Shown here: positions 62,032-64,000 of the stretch, piece by piece
Numbering within the stretch: the stretch's first letter is position 1
Layout: the number at the start of each line of letters is the position of its first letter
The notes under the pieces: generated by a model
The model's input: the letters and a program-made list of their open reading frames with translations, nothing else
Told to the model about the DNA's origin: nothing
Databases searched by the model: none
Position numbers and translations under genes: made by a program
Assembly (NCBI GenBank): GCA_013239625.1
Contig: MU056960.1
Span: 6,936,642-7,000,641, forward strand
Length of the DNA stretch: 64,000 nt
DNA from: Lama guanicoe
Lineage: Eukaryota
Direction of reading: 5' to 3'

Positions 62032-64000
62032 GGGAAACTGAAAACACAAGCAAGCCCACAGGACGTTGTAAGGAGATGACTGCCTTGGGTACCAGCAGAG
62101 AGAAGCCTGACCAGCGACGGAAGGACAGACTTGGGGGCAGTGCCCAGAAGGCTGGAAGGCACTGCAGCCCACACCCCAGGGTGATGGAACAGGTTAAAAG
62201 CATGGGTTCTGGAGTGCGTCTGTCTGGTGAGGACTGCCTCTGCCACGTGCCAGCTGGAGGAGCACGGCTGAGTGATCCGACGGCTGTGCCTCAGGCTGCT
62301 CAGCTACGGAACAGGGACAGGAACAGCACCTTCCTCACACAGCACTCAGGACAGCGCTGGCAGACAGGTCGTGCTCAGTAAGCCATGCTTGTTACTGCTT
62401 TACCATTACTATTAGCACCACCACAACCTTGGAAAAACATACCCTGGGGGGCTCCAGCGTGAGGCCTACTCAGCGGGGCTGAAAATGTCTGGAGACTGCT
62501 TAGGGTCTTTAATTCAATTTTATAGCCTTTATTCTGTGTGGAGCCCAGAACACAGAGAGAAGGACCAGACAGGGCCCCTGCCCCTACCATGGGCAAGCTG
62601 CGGACCTCTCTGAGCCTCCGGCTCCTTCTGTAGAAGTCAGGATAATTTTACAGTATGTCTAGACTGACCTGGGGGTAAGGACTCAGGGAGTGAGTGCACA
62701 CAAGTGCTCAGGGCATGTTATTTCGGCTGGATGTGCTCCCAGTATGCACAGAGCTGGCAAAGGAGAGAAAGATGCAGGACAGGGCTGCACAGGGGAAGGT
62801 GGGGTGATTTGGGTGGGATATTAAAGGGTACGGAAGAGTTGTCTCGACAGAAGAGGACAGACAATCCAGGCAGAAGGAAGGGCATCAGCAAAGGCACAGA
62901 GGTGGGCAAGGAACACCCATCTGGGAAGGGGTGGTGATGTGAGAGGCAGGAATGAGGGTGAGAATGAAGGAGAAATTGGGAAGGTTTCTATGCCAAGCAG
63001 AGATTTTATTTTCATTTTGTAGGCATGACTGGAAGCTCCTGGTGGGCAAAGAAGACCTGATGGAGGAGTCCAAGTCCTCCCACTCTCCTGCCCGTGAAGC
63101 AATGCAGGCCATCTTCACCCCAGCCCCTGCCCCCCTCCCTCGGAGCAGGACCCAGACTGGGGTGCTGGCCCACCCTGCTCCCACGTCCCTGAGTCCTGCC
63201 GCCCTCGGGAGGCAGCACAGGGGCTCAAGAGTCACTCTTTCTGTGTTCACTCCCCTCACCAGCACTTCCCAGCTCTGTGATCTTAAAGCAAGTGCTTTGT
63301 GCTTCAGTTTCTTATCAGTGAAATGAGGAGAAAGAGAAGCAGCGAGAAGATGGGGTGATAAAAGGATCAGAGCCGGAGAACTAACACTTGGCTCGGTGCC
63401 CTGCATATTCTCTGGATGGTTCCTCCCCCTCCACCCTTACCCCAAGACAGACTGAAAAACGGCTAACAAACTGGTAGACTCCCCGCCCCACCCCACCCCT
63501 GCTTCCTCTTTTTCAAGCCCTGAGACTGCCGGCGGAGTCTAAGGTGTCTGGCTGCCAGCGCAAGGCGGCGAGGTCCCGACAGCCGCGCACACCGGGGCGT
63601 ACACAGGTTCAGGGAACTGCAGAGGCTGTCTCAGCCTAGAGGTTCAGAGTCATCTTTCAATACCCGGTGCATGTACCACCTCCCAAACCCTCGGGTCAGA
63701 TGGCTTCGGTCCCCAGAGTTCTTAGAGCGTGACCAACAGGTGGAAGGGCCGAGAGGGTGGGTTGGGGGGAAACTGCAGCGGTGAGTGTGATGACCACAGG
63801 GAGCCTTTCTCCAGGGCTCCAAGCCAGGTGCTGTTCAAGAACAAAACCACCAAGACACATCCCGGTCACTTCACCGGCCCCCCTGCGCCCCTCGGCAGCC
63901 AGGCTGGTCACCTGTAAGCCAGCCCTGCACTCACATGTCCTAGCACTTGCCTTCGGGCTCCTCCACTCCGGGGAGTGTTCCCACCTTACCCCCCAAACCA

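Noticed and set aside
61747-62381. ORFs containing poly-X
   Set aside because: Artefacts of the N gap
59999-64000. Further upstream GTF3C1 exons or promoter
   Set aside because: No matching exon or CpG island found; appears to be part of a long intron, although the 169-N gap cannot be inspected

Overview
Mammalian genomic DNA, most likely camelid: it carries four tRNA-Ala(AGC)-derived poly(A) SINEs resembling the camelid Vic-1 type. Two convergent spliced genes are present. (1) IL21R on +: all 8 coding exons from 651 to 13797, which I joined to 1611 nt = 536 aa (signal peptide, two FN3 domains, WSEWS, TM, Box1, C-terminal YLRQ). The non-coding first exon is presumably upstream of the window. 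(2) GTF3C1 (TFIIIC220, B-box-binding subunit) on -: the last 31 coding exons, 59998 down to the stop at 20323, 5408 nt with continuous frame; the 5' exons lie beyond the window. The rest is introns and intergenic DNA with old repeats (MIR, L2, L1, MER20, MER58, MER5, MER63, MaLR LTRs, an ERV1 solo LTR with a 4-bp TSD) and one 169-N gap. Nearly all listed six-frame ORFs are spurious or exon fragments. I see no evidence of a new multi-gene system. The best leads are RNA-processing features: a perfectly duplicated 5' splice site and two GC-AG introns in GTF3C1; a possible NMD-escaping soluble IL21R by TM-exon skipping; a 168-nt AG-exclusion zone before the last IL21R exon; a cryptic ~42-bp repeat with TTC-N2/4-GAA cores; and shared or repeat-derived poly(A) signals. 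Exon numbers follow the human gene from memory, repeat family names come from recognition rather than a database run, and repeat boundaries are approximate.
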